Below are positions 9,903-19,119 of a stretch of DNA of 64,000 nt, piece after piece (positions within the stretch are counted from its first letter, which is position 1; every line of letters starts with the position of its first letter). The DNA is from a virus. Under the pieces are notes generated by a model. That model had not been told where the DNA came from, made no database searches, and worked only from the letters and a program-made list of their open reading frames with translations. Both the position numbers and the translations under genes were made by a program. The stretch lies in the IMG/VR virus record IMGVR_UViG_3300032267_001142, positions 96,001-160,000 of that record; one strand, given 5' to 3'.

Positions 9903-10515
9903 GTGATAGGTAGTAATCGACGATTCTGTTTACTTGCGGAGACAGCTCCGCGAGATTCATTCTTTCGTCAGTGTTTACGTTTTGAGCGACGATTCTTATA
10001 TCGGCGGCTGAGATGACTTTAGGATTGTTCAGTTCTTCGGACTGATTGGCTGGTGGAACCAAGTTCCCGTCACAATCAAATCTGGAAATATGGACAAGCA
10101 ATCCGCCTTGGCTTTTGACCCACGAAACTTCATCGTTTTCGTATTCATCGAATCTTACGTCAGTGATGACTGGAACGAATGGCTGGTCGGCTTCGTTCGC
10201 CGCCTTCTGTATTTGCTTGCTGACGAGGCTCGTCCAATACTGGCCTTGAGAAACGGCGCGTTTAATCTTACCTACAGCTACCATTAAGTCTCTAACGAGT
10301 TCTTTTTGTTCAGCCGTGCAGTTGAAGATATCAAATGAACAAAGCTCAGAAATGAATGGCGCGGTTTTCTTTTTTAGTTCGTCGGCTAGAGCGAATCTTT
10401 TCGCAACGATTCCGCGAGAGGCAAACTCTCTAATCAGGAGTCGGCAAAATGTGTCTTTGCCTGCGGTAGCTACGCCAGAAAGCGCAAGTGGTTTATAGTG
10501 TTTGGTTTTTAGCAT
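9895..10515 (-). CDS. Deoxynucleoside monophosphate kinase
   Basis: SGVATAGKDT P-loop, FADELK, ITDVRFDE. Confidence 0.8.
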   Translation of the reverse strand: MLKTKHYKPLALSGVATAGKDTFCRLLIREFASRGIVAKRFALADELKKKTAPFISELCSFDIFNCTAEQKELVRDLMVAVGKIKRAVSQGQYWTSLVSKQIQKAANEADQPFVPVITDVRFDEYENDEVSWVKSQGGLLVHISRFDCDGNLVPPANQSEELNNPKVISAADIRIVAQNVNTDERMNLAELSPQVNRIVDYYLSHE

Positions 10516-10973
10516 GTCTTTTGTAAAATGATGGACTCAAGCTCGGGTGAGTTTACCTGAATTAGTTTAATTTTGAATTCTTTGGCCAATTCCAAAGAGA
10601 GTGGATTCCTTTTGTAAATCTCATCATATACCACCAATGGTATTCTGTATTTCGCGATTTCCGTGAGGCAATCTGGGCACGGAAGCATCGTGCAGGCGAT
10701 GAGCTTGATTTCCCCTATTCTTGCGTAACCTAGAGCGTTACGCTCAGCGTGGATAACCCTTGCTAACCTCTTGTCCCTATCGGACCAGTCGACTTCTACA
10801 CCGCTTGGCGGTCCATTGTAACCTACTCCTGCCACGGAATAGTCCCAACGCAGCGCGCATGCGCCAACTTTAACGTATGGGTCTTCTGACCTGAACGTCG
10901 CGGCGACTGCTAGATTCATAGCGTGTCTTCCCCATCCAATTCTTTTTTTCTCGGCTAAAAATACTTTCATCAA
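10509..10973 (-). CDS. dCMP deaminase
   Basis: RSEDPYVKVGA, GYNG, HAERNA, PCPDC zinc motifs. Confidence 0.9.
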   Translation of the reverse strand: MMKVFLAEKKRIGWGRHAMNLAVAATFRSEDPYVKVGACALRWDYSVAGVGYNGPPSGVEVDWSDRDKRLARVIHAERNALGYARIGEIKLIACTMLPCPDCLTEIAKYRIPLVVYDEIYKRNPLSLELAKEFKIKLIQVNSPELESIILQKTC

Positions 10974-11209
10974 GTTAGTTTTTCTTCTTTTGGCGTTTTC
11001 CGGTATAAAGTCGGAGGGCGTCCGTTCTCTACTATCGGCACAATTCCTGCGAACTCTATTGCTTTGCTTTTAATTCCTGTTTTAATTCTATACCTAGCGG
11101 CGGTCTCGCTGAATCCGTTTAATGACATCAGTTGTTCAATGGTGAACGTTTCTGCTGGCCATTTGATTCGTCGAGAGGGTCTTCCCCTTTTTGAGGCTGC
11201 GCTGGGCAT
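10970..11209 (-). CDS. Small basic winged-helix-like hypothetical protein
   Basis: FTIEQL...GRPPTLY pattern. Confidence 0.5.
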   Translation of the reverse strand: MPSAASKRGRPSRRIKWPAETFTIEQLMSLNGFSETAARYRIKTGIKSKAIEFAGIVPIVENGRPPTLYRKTPKEEKLT

Positions 11210-11279
11210 TCTTATTAGAATCTTCTACGAATTTCTTCACGAAGCAAGAGAAAAAGCTTGATTGTCGAAAAAATAAGCG

Positions 11280-11436
11280 TACTTGTACAGTACACCAGTT
11301 GTTATCTGTGTACACTAGAGCTGCCGCTCGTACAATTAGTACAAATAAGAAGCCGATAGGCTTCTAGCTGTCGCTAGACAGCTTCCGCTTCGGCGGTGAG
11401 CGACCACTTAAGCGGAGAGCGGCAGCTAGAGCGTAC
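11280..11436 (-). ncRNA. Candidate multibranched structured RNA / leader, or origin-like element
   Basis: 11-bp closing inverted repeat 11319-11329/11417-11427 enclosing several hairpins; directly downstream of a consensus leftward promoter. Confidence 0.4.
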
Positions 11437-11439
11437 TCT

Positions 11440-11468
11440 ATTTTATGAGTTTTGCCGAGGTCTGTCAA
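11440..11468 (-). promoter_or_regulatory. sigma70 promoter, leftward
   Basis: TTGACA-17-TAAAAT. Confidence 0.75.
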
Positions 11469-11482
11469 GCTATTTTTTCTGC

Positions 11483-11510
11483 TTGATGTTCGCGAAAAAC
11501 GGAGTAGCAT
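11483..11510 (+). promoter_or_regulatory. sigma70-like promoter, rightward, probably leaderless
   Basis: TTGATG-16-TAGCAT, 6 nt before ATG 11517. Confidence 0.5.
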
Positions 11511-11516
11511 CCAATT

Positions 11517-12692
11517 ATGACAATTAGCTTGCCTATTAACAATGAAAATTTCAATGTCGTCGCTGGCAGAATAGCCGGAGACGAGGTATTTCTTGTGACT
11601 CCAAAGGGTATCGGCGCGAAGTTCACAAAAGACGACTTGATTTTTAGGTCTTCAGTCTGGACTAAAGACGGAAAACCCGTCTCGTTGTCATTGAAGAAAT
11701 TCTTTAACCTAGGCGAACGTCCTGATATTTATGACGCATCTGAAGATTTGCGTTTTTGCGAGATTATTGAAAAAATTGACGGTTCCTTACTGTGTGTATC
11801 GAAGTATAAAGGTGAAACGATTATTCGTACACGAGGAACATTATCCGCATTCGGCATGCCGAACGCGGCGGACATCTCAGCTTTGCAGCTTCGATATCCG
11901 AAAGCTTTTGAAATGGCCGCTTACCCAAGTGGGACTTGCGACTATTCCTTGATTTTTGAGTGGTATTCTCCGTCCAACAAAATCGTCATATCCTACGGCG
12001 ATGAACCTGAGCTATTCCTGATTGGTTGCGTTTCTCACGAAGATTACAGCCTATACACTCAATCCCAGTTAGACGCTATAGCCGCAGAGCTAGGAGTGAG
12101 GAGGCCCAAAAGATACAAGTTCGACACGCTGGCCGAAATGAAAAGGGCCATCGGAGCTTTGGACTATCAGCAAACTCAGGCGATGAGGTCCACGAAAGAC
12201 GCGGAAGCCCCTCCTGACGCGGCTCCTCTGGAAGGCTTCGCGGGAATGGAAGGCTTCTGTGTTTACTCACGAAATGGCCAGAAAATAGCCAAAGTAAAGA
12301 GCGCCACGTACTTGTGCCTGCACCGCATGAAGTCGGAACTGTCGTCGTTTGACAAGGTTTTGGATTTGTGGTTGATAAGCGATAGCAAGAACTTCAACGA
12401 TTTCTATTCTTACGTCTGCACGAATCTTGACTTTGAGATTGCCGAAATGGCCAAACCAGACATGAGCAAGGTGGCTGACGCGGCCAAGCAGGTAGATGGT
12501 ATCATCGCAGGGATGTCTCGCTTCGTCGAGACACGCCTTCGCCATCTGTCTTCTAGAAAGGAGCAGGCTCTAGCTATCCAAAGCGCCTACTCAAACACAA
12601 ACCGAGCCAGCTTCGTGTTCGCTATACTTGACGGAAAAGACTTAACAATCGACCAAAAGAGAAAGCTCTATTGGCAAGTCATTAAAAAGTAA
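11517..12692 (+). CDS. T4 Rnl1-like RNA ligase
   Basis: EKIDGSL motif I, IFEWYSP, LFLIG, EGFCV, KVKS motifs plus helical C-domain. Confidence 0.85.
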   Translation: MTISLPINNENFNVVAGRIAGDEVFLVTPKGIGAKFTKDDLIFRSSVWTKDGKPVSLSLKKFFNLGERPDIYDASEDLRFCEIIEKIDGSLLCVSKYKGETIIRTRGTLSAFGMPNAADISALQLRYPKAFEMAAYPSGTCDYSLIFEWYSPSNKIVISYGDEPELFLIGCVSHEDYSLYTQSQLDAIAAELGVRRPKRYKFDTLAEMKRAIGALDYQQTQAMRSTKDAEAPPDAAPLEGFAGMEGFCVYSRNGQKIAKVKSATYLCLHRMKSELSSFDKVLDLWLISDSKNFNDFYSYVCTNLDFEIAEMAKPDMSKVADAAKQVDGIIAGMSRFVETRLRHLSSRKEQALAIQSAYSNTNRASFVFAILDGKDLTIDQKRKLYWQVIKK

Positions 12693-12710
12693 TCCGGTGT
12701 AATCTTCTTG

Positions 12711-13364
12711 ATGAAGACTATTATCATCTCTGATATCCATTTGGGCAGTCCCGTCTGTCGGGCCGACAAGGTTCTGGACATTTTGAACTCCGATATGGAT
12801 GAATTAATCATTAATGGTGATTTAATAGACAGCAAGAACCTCACACGGTTTCGCTCTAAGCATTGGGAGATTTTGTCAAAGTTGAGAAAGTTGACGAAGA
12901 AGATTCCAACGCACCTTATCGGAGGGAACCATGACGGAGACTTAGGGCAGGTTTCTGATATGCTCGGTTTGGATTTCCGTCAGAGTATGGATATCAAAAC
13001 CGATAACTTTAATGCCTATGTTACTCACGGAGATAAGTTTGACCTCTGGATGAGCCTCCGAGGCGTGTCCGATTTCTTTTCTGGGCTTTACTATTACGTC
13101 CAAAGAATTGACAGTAAGAGTCGCCGGATGTCGAGGTTTATTAAACGCCTGAGCAAGAAGCTCATAAAGACAGACTCAAATATGGCAAATAAAGCGTGTC
13201 GCTACGCTAGCAAGCACGGTTACGATACCGCTATTTTGGGCCATAGTCATTTTGCAGACGATAAGATGATAGATGGCGTGCGTTACCTCAATAGTGGCTC
13301 TTTCTGTGAAGACCCGTGCCATTTTATTGAAGTTTCAGATTGCATTACTCTAAAAGAATGCTAG
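12711..13364 (+). CDS. Metallophosphoesterase (LpxH-like calcineurin family)
   Basis: SDIHLG, NGDLID, GNHD, THGD, GHSH, NSGS. Confidence 0.85.
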   Translation: MKTIIISDIHLGSPVCRADKVLDILNSDMDELIINGDLIDSKNLTRFRSKHWEILSKLRKLTKKIPTHLIGGNHDGDLGQVSDMLGLDFRQSMDIKTDNFNAYVTHGDKFDLWMSLRGVSDFFSGLYYYVQRIDSKSRRMSRFIKRLSKKLIKTDSNMANKACRYASKHGYDTAILGHSHFADDKMIDGVRYLNSGSFCEDPCHFIEVSDCITLKEC

Positions 13365-13377
13365 CATCTGAATATAG

Positions 13378-13551
13378 ATGCACTACCTTTATTTAAGCCT
13401 TCTGAAAGAGTCTACTCTCACCGAGCTTGAGAGTATGAAGAGAAACTTGGAGCAAAGTGTTGCGGCTGTAGAGGAAGTTATAAAAGCTAAAAAAGAAAGC
13501 TCGGCACAAAAGCCTCCAGAGCCAAAACGAGAGCTTCTCGTTACATCGTGA
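13378..13551 (+). CDS. Small hypothetical protein (57 aa)
   Basis: Hand-translated MHYLYLSLLKES...LLVTS*; fills the gap. Confidence 0.55.
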   Translation: MHYLYLSLLKESTLTELESMKRNLEQSVAAVEEVIKAKKESSAQKPPEPKRELLVTS

Positions 13552-13552
13552 T

Positions 13553-14092
13553 ATGCCTACGGACTCAATAAAAAAGCTAGAAAACGTCCTTCGCCACATC
13601 AAGCTAGTGCAAGATGCGACCCAGCTCTTAGGAAAGAGACTGATAGAGTCCGGTGAGGAGGAATTCGGAAGGGCGCTAATTGCTAGAGGGCTGATGCACG
13701 ATGTATCGAAACTCAGAGGCATCGAATGGAAGTTTCTGCACTCTTCCGAGCCTGCCACTACGGACGACGACAAAAAGAATCTGTCGTTAGCCATAGAGCA
13801 GCACCACGCAAGTAACGAGCATCATATTGAATTCTGGGGCGACCCCGAGTTTATGCCGAGATTATCCGTGGCCGAAATGATTTGCGACCTATACGCAAGG
13901 GCGCAGGAATTTGGTAGCGATGTCAAGGAATACATTTTTACTGACTTTTTCCGTCATCATAAGATTGGGCCTAATACCAAGACCGCGAAAAGGATGAAGT
14001 TTTTTCTCGACGTACTTCTAAATAAGCCCTTCAAAAAGGTTAAAGTCTGCGATAAGCAAGACGACAGCCGCGAACACAAAGAATCCAAATAA
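13553..14092 (+). CDS. HD-like hypothetical protein (DUF5662-like)
   Basis: RHI..V, HDVSK, HH..N.HH.EFW, EMICD. Confidence 0.7.
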   Translation: MPTDSIKKLENVLRHIKLVQDATQLLGKRLIESGEEEFGRALIARGLMHDVSKLRGIEWKFLHSSEPATTDDDKKNLSLAIEQHHASNEHHIEFWGDPEFMPRLSVAEMICDLYARAQEFGSDVKEYIFTDFFRHHKIGPNTKTAKRMKFFLDVLLNKPFKKVKVCDKQDDSREHKESK

Positions 14093-14108
14093 GTTAGCGC
14101 ACAATATC

Positions 14109-14480
14109 ATGAAAATAATTACAAGGTTCGTTAGATGGCTAACGAGATGGGCATGGAAGAAAGAGCTTGAGGCTACAGAAAACATCGCGACGCTAGAAAA
14201 GCTAGCCATGTCAGGAAATTACGCCGAGCTTGAGTTAAAGGCGAAATCTCCGGCGCTTCATCGTCATCTTTGTCGCTCTTTAGCGGCAATCGTCGCGGAA
14301 TCTCCGAATTACACAGAAATGAAATTCGATGTTGTCTCCGACCACGAGGACGGAAAGATATGGGTCACTGTCTTAGTTCAGAAAGGCTCAGGTCTTACTC
14401 CTCACGAATTGAGACGTGAAGCCGAGGCGCGGATAGCGGAGCTGCAAAAAGAGCTGGATTCTTTTAACAAGAGCAGTTAG
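14109..14480 (+). CDS. Hypothetical protein
   Basis: ORF in operon. Confidence 0.65.
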   Translation: MKIITRFVRWLTRWAWKKELEATENIATLEKLAMSGNYAELELKAKSPALHRHLCRSLAAIVAESPNYTEMKFDVVSDHEDGKIWVTVLVQKGSGLTPHELRREAEARIAELQKELDSFNKSS

Positions 14481-14489
14481 TATCGCTCA

Positions 14490-15623
14490 ATGACACCGTC
14501 ACTTTCTGATAGAGCGGACCTAATCGTATTGCGGCATCCGATAGTTCACGATAAATATACACAGGCCGCGCAGCAGATGTTTGACGTGCCTCACGCCGAG
14601 GAAAGCGTTACAGTTATTCAAAACGAGCTGACGATGCCGACTTCCGATTGGAACATCGGGCTTATTCATGGTCCGAGCGGTGCAGGAAAGTCTACTCTTC
14701 TTCGCCAATTCGGGAATCCCAAGACTTTCGCGTGGGACGCTCAGAAATCCGTGATAAGCCACTTTGACAACGTGTCTCCAGAAGAAGCAGCGGCGCTGCT
14801 TTCTTCGGTAGGATTTTCTACGGTTCCTGCTTGGCTCCGTCCGTATCATTGCTTGAGTGTCGGGGAAAGGTTCAGGTGCGATTTGGCTAGAGCCGTGGCA
14901 AGCGATGATACTATCATTTTAGTCGATGAGTTTACTTCTGTAGTCGATAGGAACGTCGCTCGCTCAGCCTGCGTGGCGCTTTCAAAACTAATACGCAAGA
15001 CCGGCAAAAAAATTATTCTGGCCTCGTGTCATTCGGATATAATTCCTTGGCTTTGCCCTGACTGGAGCTATGACCCTTCGGAGGCTGTGACCCACGAGTA
15101 TGCTCGTGGGAGCCTTCAACGCCCCGACGTTCATCTCAAAGTATTCAGAACAAAATATGAGGCGTGGCACCTATTCAGCAAATATCACTATCTGAGTGGA
15201 GACCTAAACAAGGCCGCTCGATGTTTCATGGCTACGTGGAATGACGTGCCGGTAGCTTTTTGTGCTATCCTCGCAATGCCTAATCCATACAAGAAGAATT
15301 GCTGGAGAGCCTCACGCACAGTAGTATTACCTGACTATCAAGGTTTGGGCATCGGAGTTAAGTTGTCAGACTATATGGGTTCATTAGTCAAAGCTGGCGG
15401 TGGAGTATATTATTCAAAGACTATTCATCCAGCCCTCATCGCTCACCGTTTGAAATCTGGTAAATGGAAAGAGACCTCCCATAGCCGTCAAGCTCGTAAT
15501 CCTTCCAACGAGTCAATGCAAAAAAGAAATTGGTTCGTTAGCCCTAGATTCTGCTACGCTTTTGAATATACTGGAGAGCCCGCTACAGAAGGGGCTGATA
15601 ATATCTTCTGGCAGAAATGCTGA
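14490..15623 (+). CDS. ABC-type ATPase fused to a GNAT-like acyltransferase
   Basis: GPSGAGKS Walker A, LSVGERFR signature, ILVDEFTS Walker B, then RTVVLPDYQGLGIG acyl-CoA motif. Confidence 0.85.
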   Translation: MTPSLSDRADLIVLRHPIVHDKYTQAAQQMFDVPHAEESVTVIQNELTMPTSDWNIGLIHGPSGAGKSTLLRQFGNPKTFAWDAQKSVISHFDNVSPEEAAALLSSVGFSTVPAWLRPYHCLSVGERFRCDLARAVASDDTIILVDEFTSVVDRNVARSACVALSKLIRKTGKKIILASCHSDIIPWLCPDWSYDPSEAVTHEYARGSLQRPDVHLKVFRTKYEAWHLFSKYHYLSGDLNKAARCFMATWNDVPVAFCAILAMPNPYKKNCWRASRTVVLPDYQGLGIGVKLSDYMGSLVKAGGGVYYSKTIHPALIAHRLKSGKWKETSHSRQARNPSNESMQKRNWFVSPRFCYAFEYTGEPATEGADNIFWQKC

Positions 15624-15877
15624 CCGCTAAGATTATGGGATATCATCGAAGAAAAATACCTAAAGGCAAACTAGGAGAAGCGTCCAAAATAACAGAAGAG
15701 TATCAAGAGATGCTCGATGGATTAGAGCAAGGAAATAAGGTGCTTGTTATCTGCGAGTTAGCTGATATGCTAGGAGCTATAGAAGCTTACGCTCTCAAGA
15801 CTTTCAATTTAACACTTGAGGATTTGCACAAAATGTCTAAAGCTACCGCAAGAGCTTTCAAAAAAGGAGACCGGTAA
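15617..15877 (+). CDS. MazG-like nucleotide pyrophosphohydrolase
   Basis: KITEEYQE...ELADMLGA. Confidence 0.7.
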   Translation: MLTAKIMGYHRRKIPKGKLGEASKITEEYQEMLDGLEQGNKVLVICELADMLGAIEAYALKTFNLTLEDLHKMSKATARAFKKGDR

Positions 15878-16458
15878 TGATAAACTTTAAGGTAATAGAT
15901 GATTCGATTAAGCACTATGAAAAACGCGGATTTCAGAGAATAGAGAGTCCGTGGACAGTGACTCAAGAAGTGCTGGATATCACTAAGCCTGATAGTGCCG
16001 TTGACTCGTTCCGGCTATTACATAAGAACGGTAAGGGTCTTGTAGCCTCTGGAGAGCAATCGTTTCTATATCTTTACTTGAAGGGTTTCCTACCGCTTGG
16101 AAGGTTCCAGACTGTGACGCCGTGTTTTAGGTTTGAGAATTTTGACTCCCTGCATACGAAATACTTCATAAAAAACGAACTAATAGAAACGAAAGCCGTC
16201 TCCGAGGCGACTCTAAATGATATTCTCGCGAACGCTCACGCTTTCTTCTCTTCGTATTTTTCAGACGCGGAGGAGCAGCTTAAAATAATAAAGACAAATA
16301 AAGAAGGCTCGCCAACGTCTTACGACATTTGTTATAGAGGCGTCGAGTTAGGAAGCTACGGTATTCGTAGTTGCGACTTTCTGGAATGGATTTATGGGAC
16401 TGGCGTTGCCGAGCCGAGGCTATCCCAAGTAATAAGGAAATTCAAAGACAAGCGATAA
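15877..16458 (+). CDS. Stand-alone class II aminoacyl-tRNA synthetase-like catalytic core
   Basis: Motif-2-like TPCFRFE, ELGSYG, motif-3-like GTGVAEPRL; no anticodon-binding domain. Confidence 0.7.
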   Translation: MINFKVIDDSIKHYEKRGFQRIESPWTVTQEVLDITKPDSAVDSFRLLHKNGKGLVASGEQSFLYLYLKGFLPLGRFQTVTPCFRFENFDSLHTKYFIKNELIETKAVSEATLNDILANAHAFFSSYFSDAEEQLKIIKTNKEGSPTSYDICYRGVELGSYGIRSCDFLEWIYGTGVAEPRLSQVIRKFKDKR

Positions 16459-16896
16459 TGAAACAACCGATACTTGGATTCTTTGGAGACTTCCGTGTCC
16501 TATCTAACTTTTGGCCGTGCGTAATAGAATACTGCGGCTATTCTTACCAGAATACGGAGGCGGCTTTTCAGGGCAATAAAAGCAACTCACAAGAGGATAA
16601 AGAAAGGTTTTCTTCCATGACCGCCGCCGAAGCGAAGAGAGAAAGTAAGAAACTTCGGCTTCGCGATGACTGGCTCGCCGTTAGGGACCAAATAATGCTG
16701 GACCTTATTAGGATAAAGTTCTCTAGTGCGAACCCCCGACTTGGTAGATAAACTCGAAGCTACAGGGGACGCATATCTCGAAGAGACTAACACTTGGGGA
16801 GACATCTATTGGGGAGTTTGCAAAGGCGTCGGCCAGAATAAACTCGGGAAAATAATCGCGCAGGTCCGAGAAGAAAACAGAAGCTCTTTTTGTTAA
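16458..16896 (+). pseudogene. NADAR (YbiA-like) protein split by a +1 frameshift at CCCCC 16733-16737
   Basis: Frame 1 LSNFWP...TEAAFQ...DDW..VRDQIM...KF stops at 16751; the shifted frame continues LVDKLEATGDAYLEETNTWGDIYWGVCKGVGQNKLGKII. Confidence 0.85.
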
Positions 16897-16966
16897 ATAT
16901 TAGAGACAGGCTTATGGTGGCAACAATTTTTATTGATTCTTCTCGAAAAACGTAGATAATCGCGCT

Positions 16967-17998
16967 ATGAAAAGAAAACTGGCCTCAGTAAATGTCCTGA
17001 CGAATCTTCAAAAAATCGAGGGTGCCGACACCCTACAGAAGGGCAACATTCTGGGGTGGTCAGTAGTAACAAAAGCCGGAGCCTTCTCAGAGGGAGAAGA
17101 GGTCGTATACATCGAAGCGGATGCGGTTCTTCCAGAGGTTACGGAGTTCGAGTTTCTTCGCAAGAATAAGTTTAGGATTAAGCCGTGCAGGCTGCGCGGT
17201 CAGGTGTCTTTGGGACTCTGTATCCCTCTAAGCGAGGCGAAACAGGTCGCCGCAAATCTCGGCAACACAAACGTCAACTGGTCTGTCGGTGAAGATGTGA
17301 CAGAAGCGCTAGGAATCAAGAAGTTCGAGCCGTATGTTAGCCTATCCCTTTCTTCCGATATCAAGGGGCTATTTCCTTCATTCATTCCTCAGACCGATGA
17401 AATGAGAATCCAGTCAGTGCCAGAGCTTCTTAACAGGCACGAAAACCGTGAAGTCTATGTGTCTGAAAAATTGGAAGGAAGTTCCGCGACGTATTACTTG
17501 AATGATGGCGTCTTTGGGGTCTGTTCAAGGACGAGAGAACTTAAAGAGAGCGAATCTAACGCCTTCTGGTCCGTAGCGAAAAAGAACTCCATAGAACAGG
17601 GACTCAATACACTTGCTAAGTTCAGCAAGAATACCAAAAATATTGCTATCCAAGGCGAGCTGATTGGCCCTAAAATTCAGGGCAATCACTATGGATTAAC
17701 GGCTCCAGAATTTCGTCTTTTCAATGTTTGGGATATTGACAAACAGTGTCCGGTCGATTATGGTGACTTGTGCCTCGCCAGCTCAGTTCTTGAGCTGTAT
17801 TTGGTGCCAATCGTATATCACCGTATAAATCTGTCCGACAAAACTCTGGAAGAGTGGGTTTCTTTTGCTAACGGAAGAAGTCAGCTTGCCGATGTTCTCC
17901 GCGAAGGAATCGTCGTCAGGGCGATTTCTCCAGTCAGAGACGAAGACGTAGGCTGGATGTCCTTCAAGGCGATTTCTTCCGAATACCTTCTGCGATAA
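16967..17998 (+). CDS. RNA ligase, DRB0094/Rnl2-like with N-terminal OB-like domain
   Basis: RKLASV...IEGAD, KTDEMRIQ-like segment, EKLEGSS, QGELIGPKIQGN, REGIV, SFKAIS.EYL. Confidence 0.88.
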   Translation: MKRKLASVNVLTNLQKIEGADTLQKGNILGWSVVTKAGAFSEGEEVVYIEADAVLPEVTEFEFLRKNKFRIKPCRLRGQVSLGLCIPLSEAKQVAANLGNTNVNWSVGEDVTEALGIKKFEPYVSLSLSSDIKGLFPSFIPQTDEMRIQSVPELLNRHENREVYVSEKLEGSSATYYLNDGVFGVCSRTRELKESESNAFWSVAKKNSIEQGLNTLAKFSKNTKNIAIQGELIGPKIQGNHYGLTAPEFRLFNVWDIDKQCPVDYGDLCLASSVLELYLVPIVYHRINLSDKTLEEWVSFANGRSQLADVLREGIVVRAISPVRDEDVGWMSFKAISSEYLLR

Positions 17999-19119
17999 TG
18001 AACAACCTGCCCACATTATACTCCCGTAATCAAGACGGCTCCGTCCAGCAGTGGACTATCTTTTATGATGAAGATGGGTATTGGACGGAAAGCGGAAGAG
18101 TTGACGGCGTCATAACGCAGCACGGCAAGGTCGCGTGCGTAGGTAAAAATCTCGGGAAAAAGAACGAGACCACCGCAGCCCAACAAGCCGCGAGCGAGGC
18201 GCGTAGTAAGTTTGATAAGAAACTCAAGACCGGCCACTTCGAGGATGTGGCGCACATTGATAACTTCTACTTTGTAGAGCCCCAATTAGCAGTAGCGCTT
18301 GATAAAGTTAAGGCTGGTCTAGTTACACCGTGTTTGGTGCAGTGTAAGTATAACGGCGGCTGCGTTATTGCGACCCGTAAAGGTCTGTTTTCTCGCAAAG
18401 GCGAAGAGTATCTGTCGATACCTCACATTCAGCAGGCATTGAAGCCTATATTCGACAAATATCCAAACGCGGTCCTTCACGGCGAGGCGTTTAACGAAGG
18501 GTTACGCCAGCATCTTAATGAGATAATGAAGATTCTACGCAGAACTGTGAATGTCACCTCGGAAGTGTTACAGCGTAGCGAACAGCTCGTCCGTTTTTAT
18601 ATTTATGACGGTTATGGGTTTGAGGGAATGGAAGAGGAGACGCCATACAAGGACCGCAAGGCTGCGATTGACAACATTATCGCTGGGCATCCTAAATATT
18701 TATTTCAAGTTCCTACAGCGAAATGCTTGACGCAAAAAGAAGTTTGGGCGCTTTATCAAAGTTACATAGACGATGGGCACGAAGGGGCTATCGTCCGCTA
18801 CGAAGACAACATCTACGAACACAAACGCACACAGAAGCTTATCAAGCTCAAGCCTACGGACGATGATGAATTTTTGGTTGTAGCCTTACATGAAGGCACC
18901 GGAGACTGGGCTGGCACGGCTAGGCGCGTTGATTTCAAAATGAAGAACGGCGAAGTGTTCGGCGGCAACTTTAAGGGAAAGTTTGAGCAGGCGAAAGACG
19001 CTTGGGAGCACCCAGAGAAATATGTCGGCAAAGTCGTAACAGTGAGCTACAACGGACTCACTGGGCTGAATACTCCCAATTTCGCGCAGCTTGACCCCGA
19101 CAATTGTTTCAAATCGTAA
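17998..19119 (+). CDS. ATP-dependent DNA ligase
   Basis: QCKYNG (KxDG variant), HGE, YIYD, EGAIVR, KLKP and C-terminal OB fold. Confidence 0.85.
   Translation: MNNLPTLYSRNQDGSVQQWTIFYDEDGYWTESGRVDGVITQHGKVACVGKNLGKKNETTAAQQAASEARSKFDKKLKTGHFEDVAHIDNFYFVEPQLAVALDKVKAGLVTPCLVQCKYNGGCVIATRKGLFSRKGEEYLSIPHIQQALKPIFDKYPNAVLHGEAFNEGLRQHLNEIMKILRRTVNVTSEVLQRSEQLVRFYIYDGYGFEGMEEETPYKDRKAAIDNIIAGHPKYLFQVPTAKCLTQKEVWALYQSYIDDGHEGAIVRYEDNIYEHKRTQKLIKLKPTDDDEFLVVALHEGTGDWAGTARRVDFKMKNGEVFGGNFKGKFEQAKDAWEHPEKYVGKVVTVSYNGLTGLNTPNFAQLDPDNCFKS

Noticed and set aside
550-10498. Short plus-strand ORFs within the leftward operon, and the many short opposite-strand ORFs within 11.5-29 kb and 45.7-64 kb
   Set aside because: They overlap well-supported genes on the other strand or in another frame and lack recognisable motifs
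14490-15623. ABC transporter
   Set aside because: No permease or binding protein nearby, and the ATPase is fused to a GNAT-like domain
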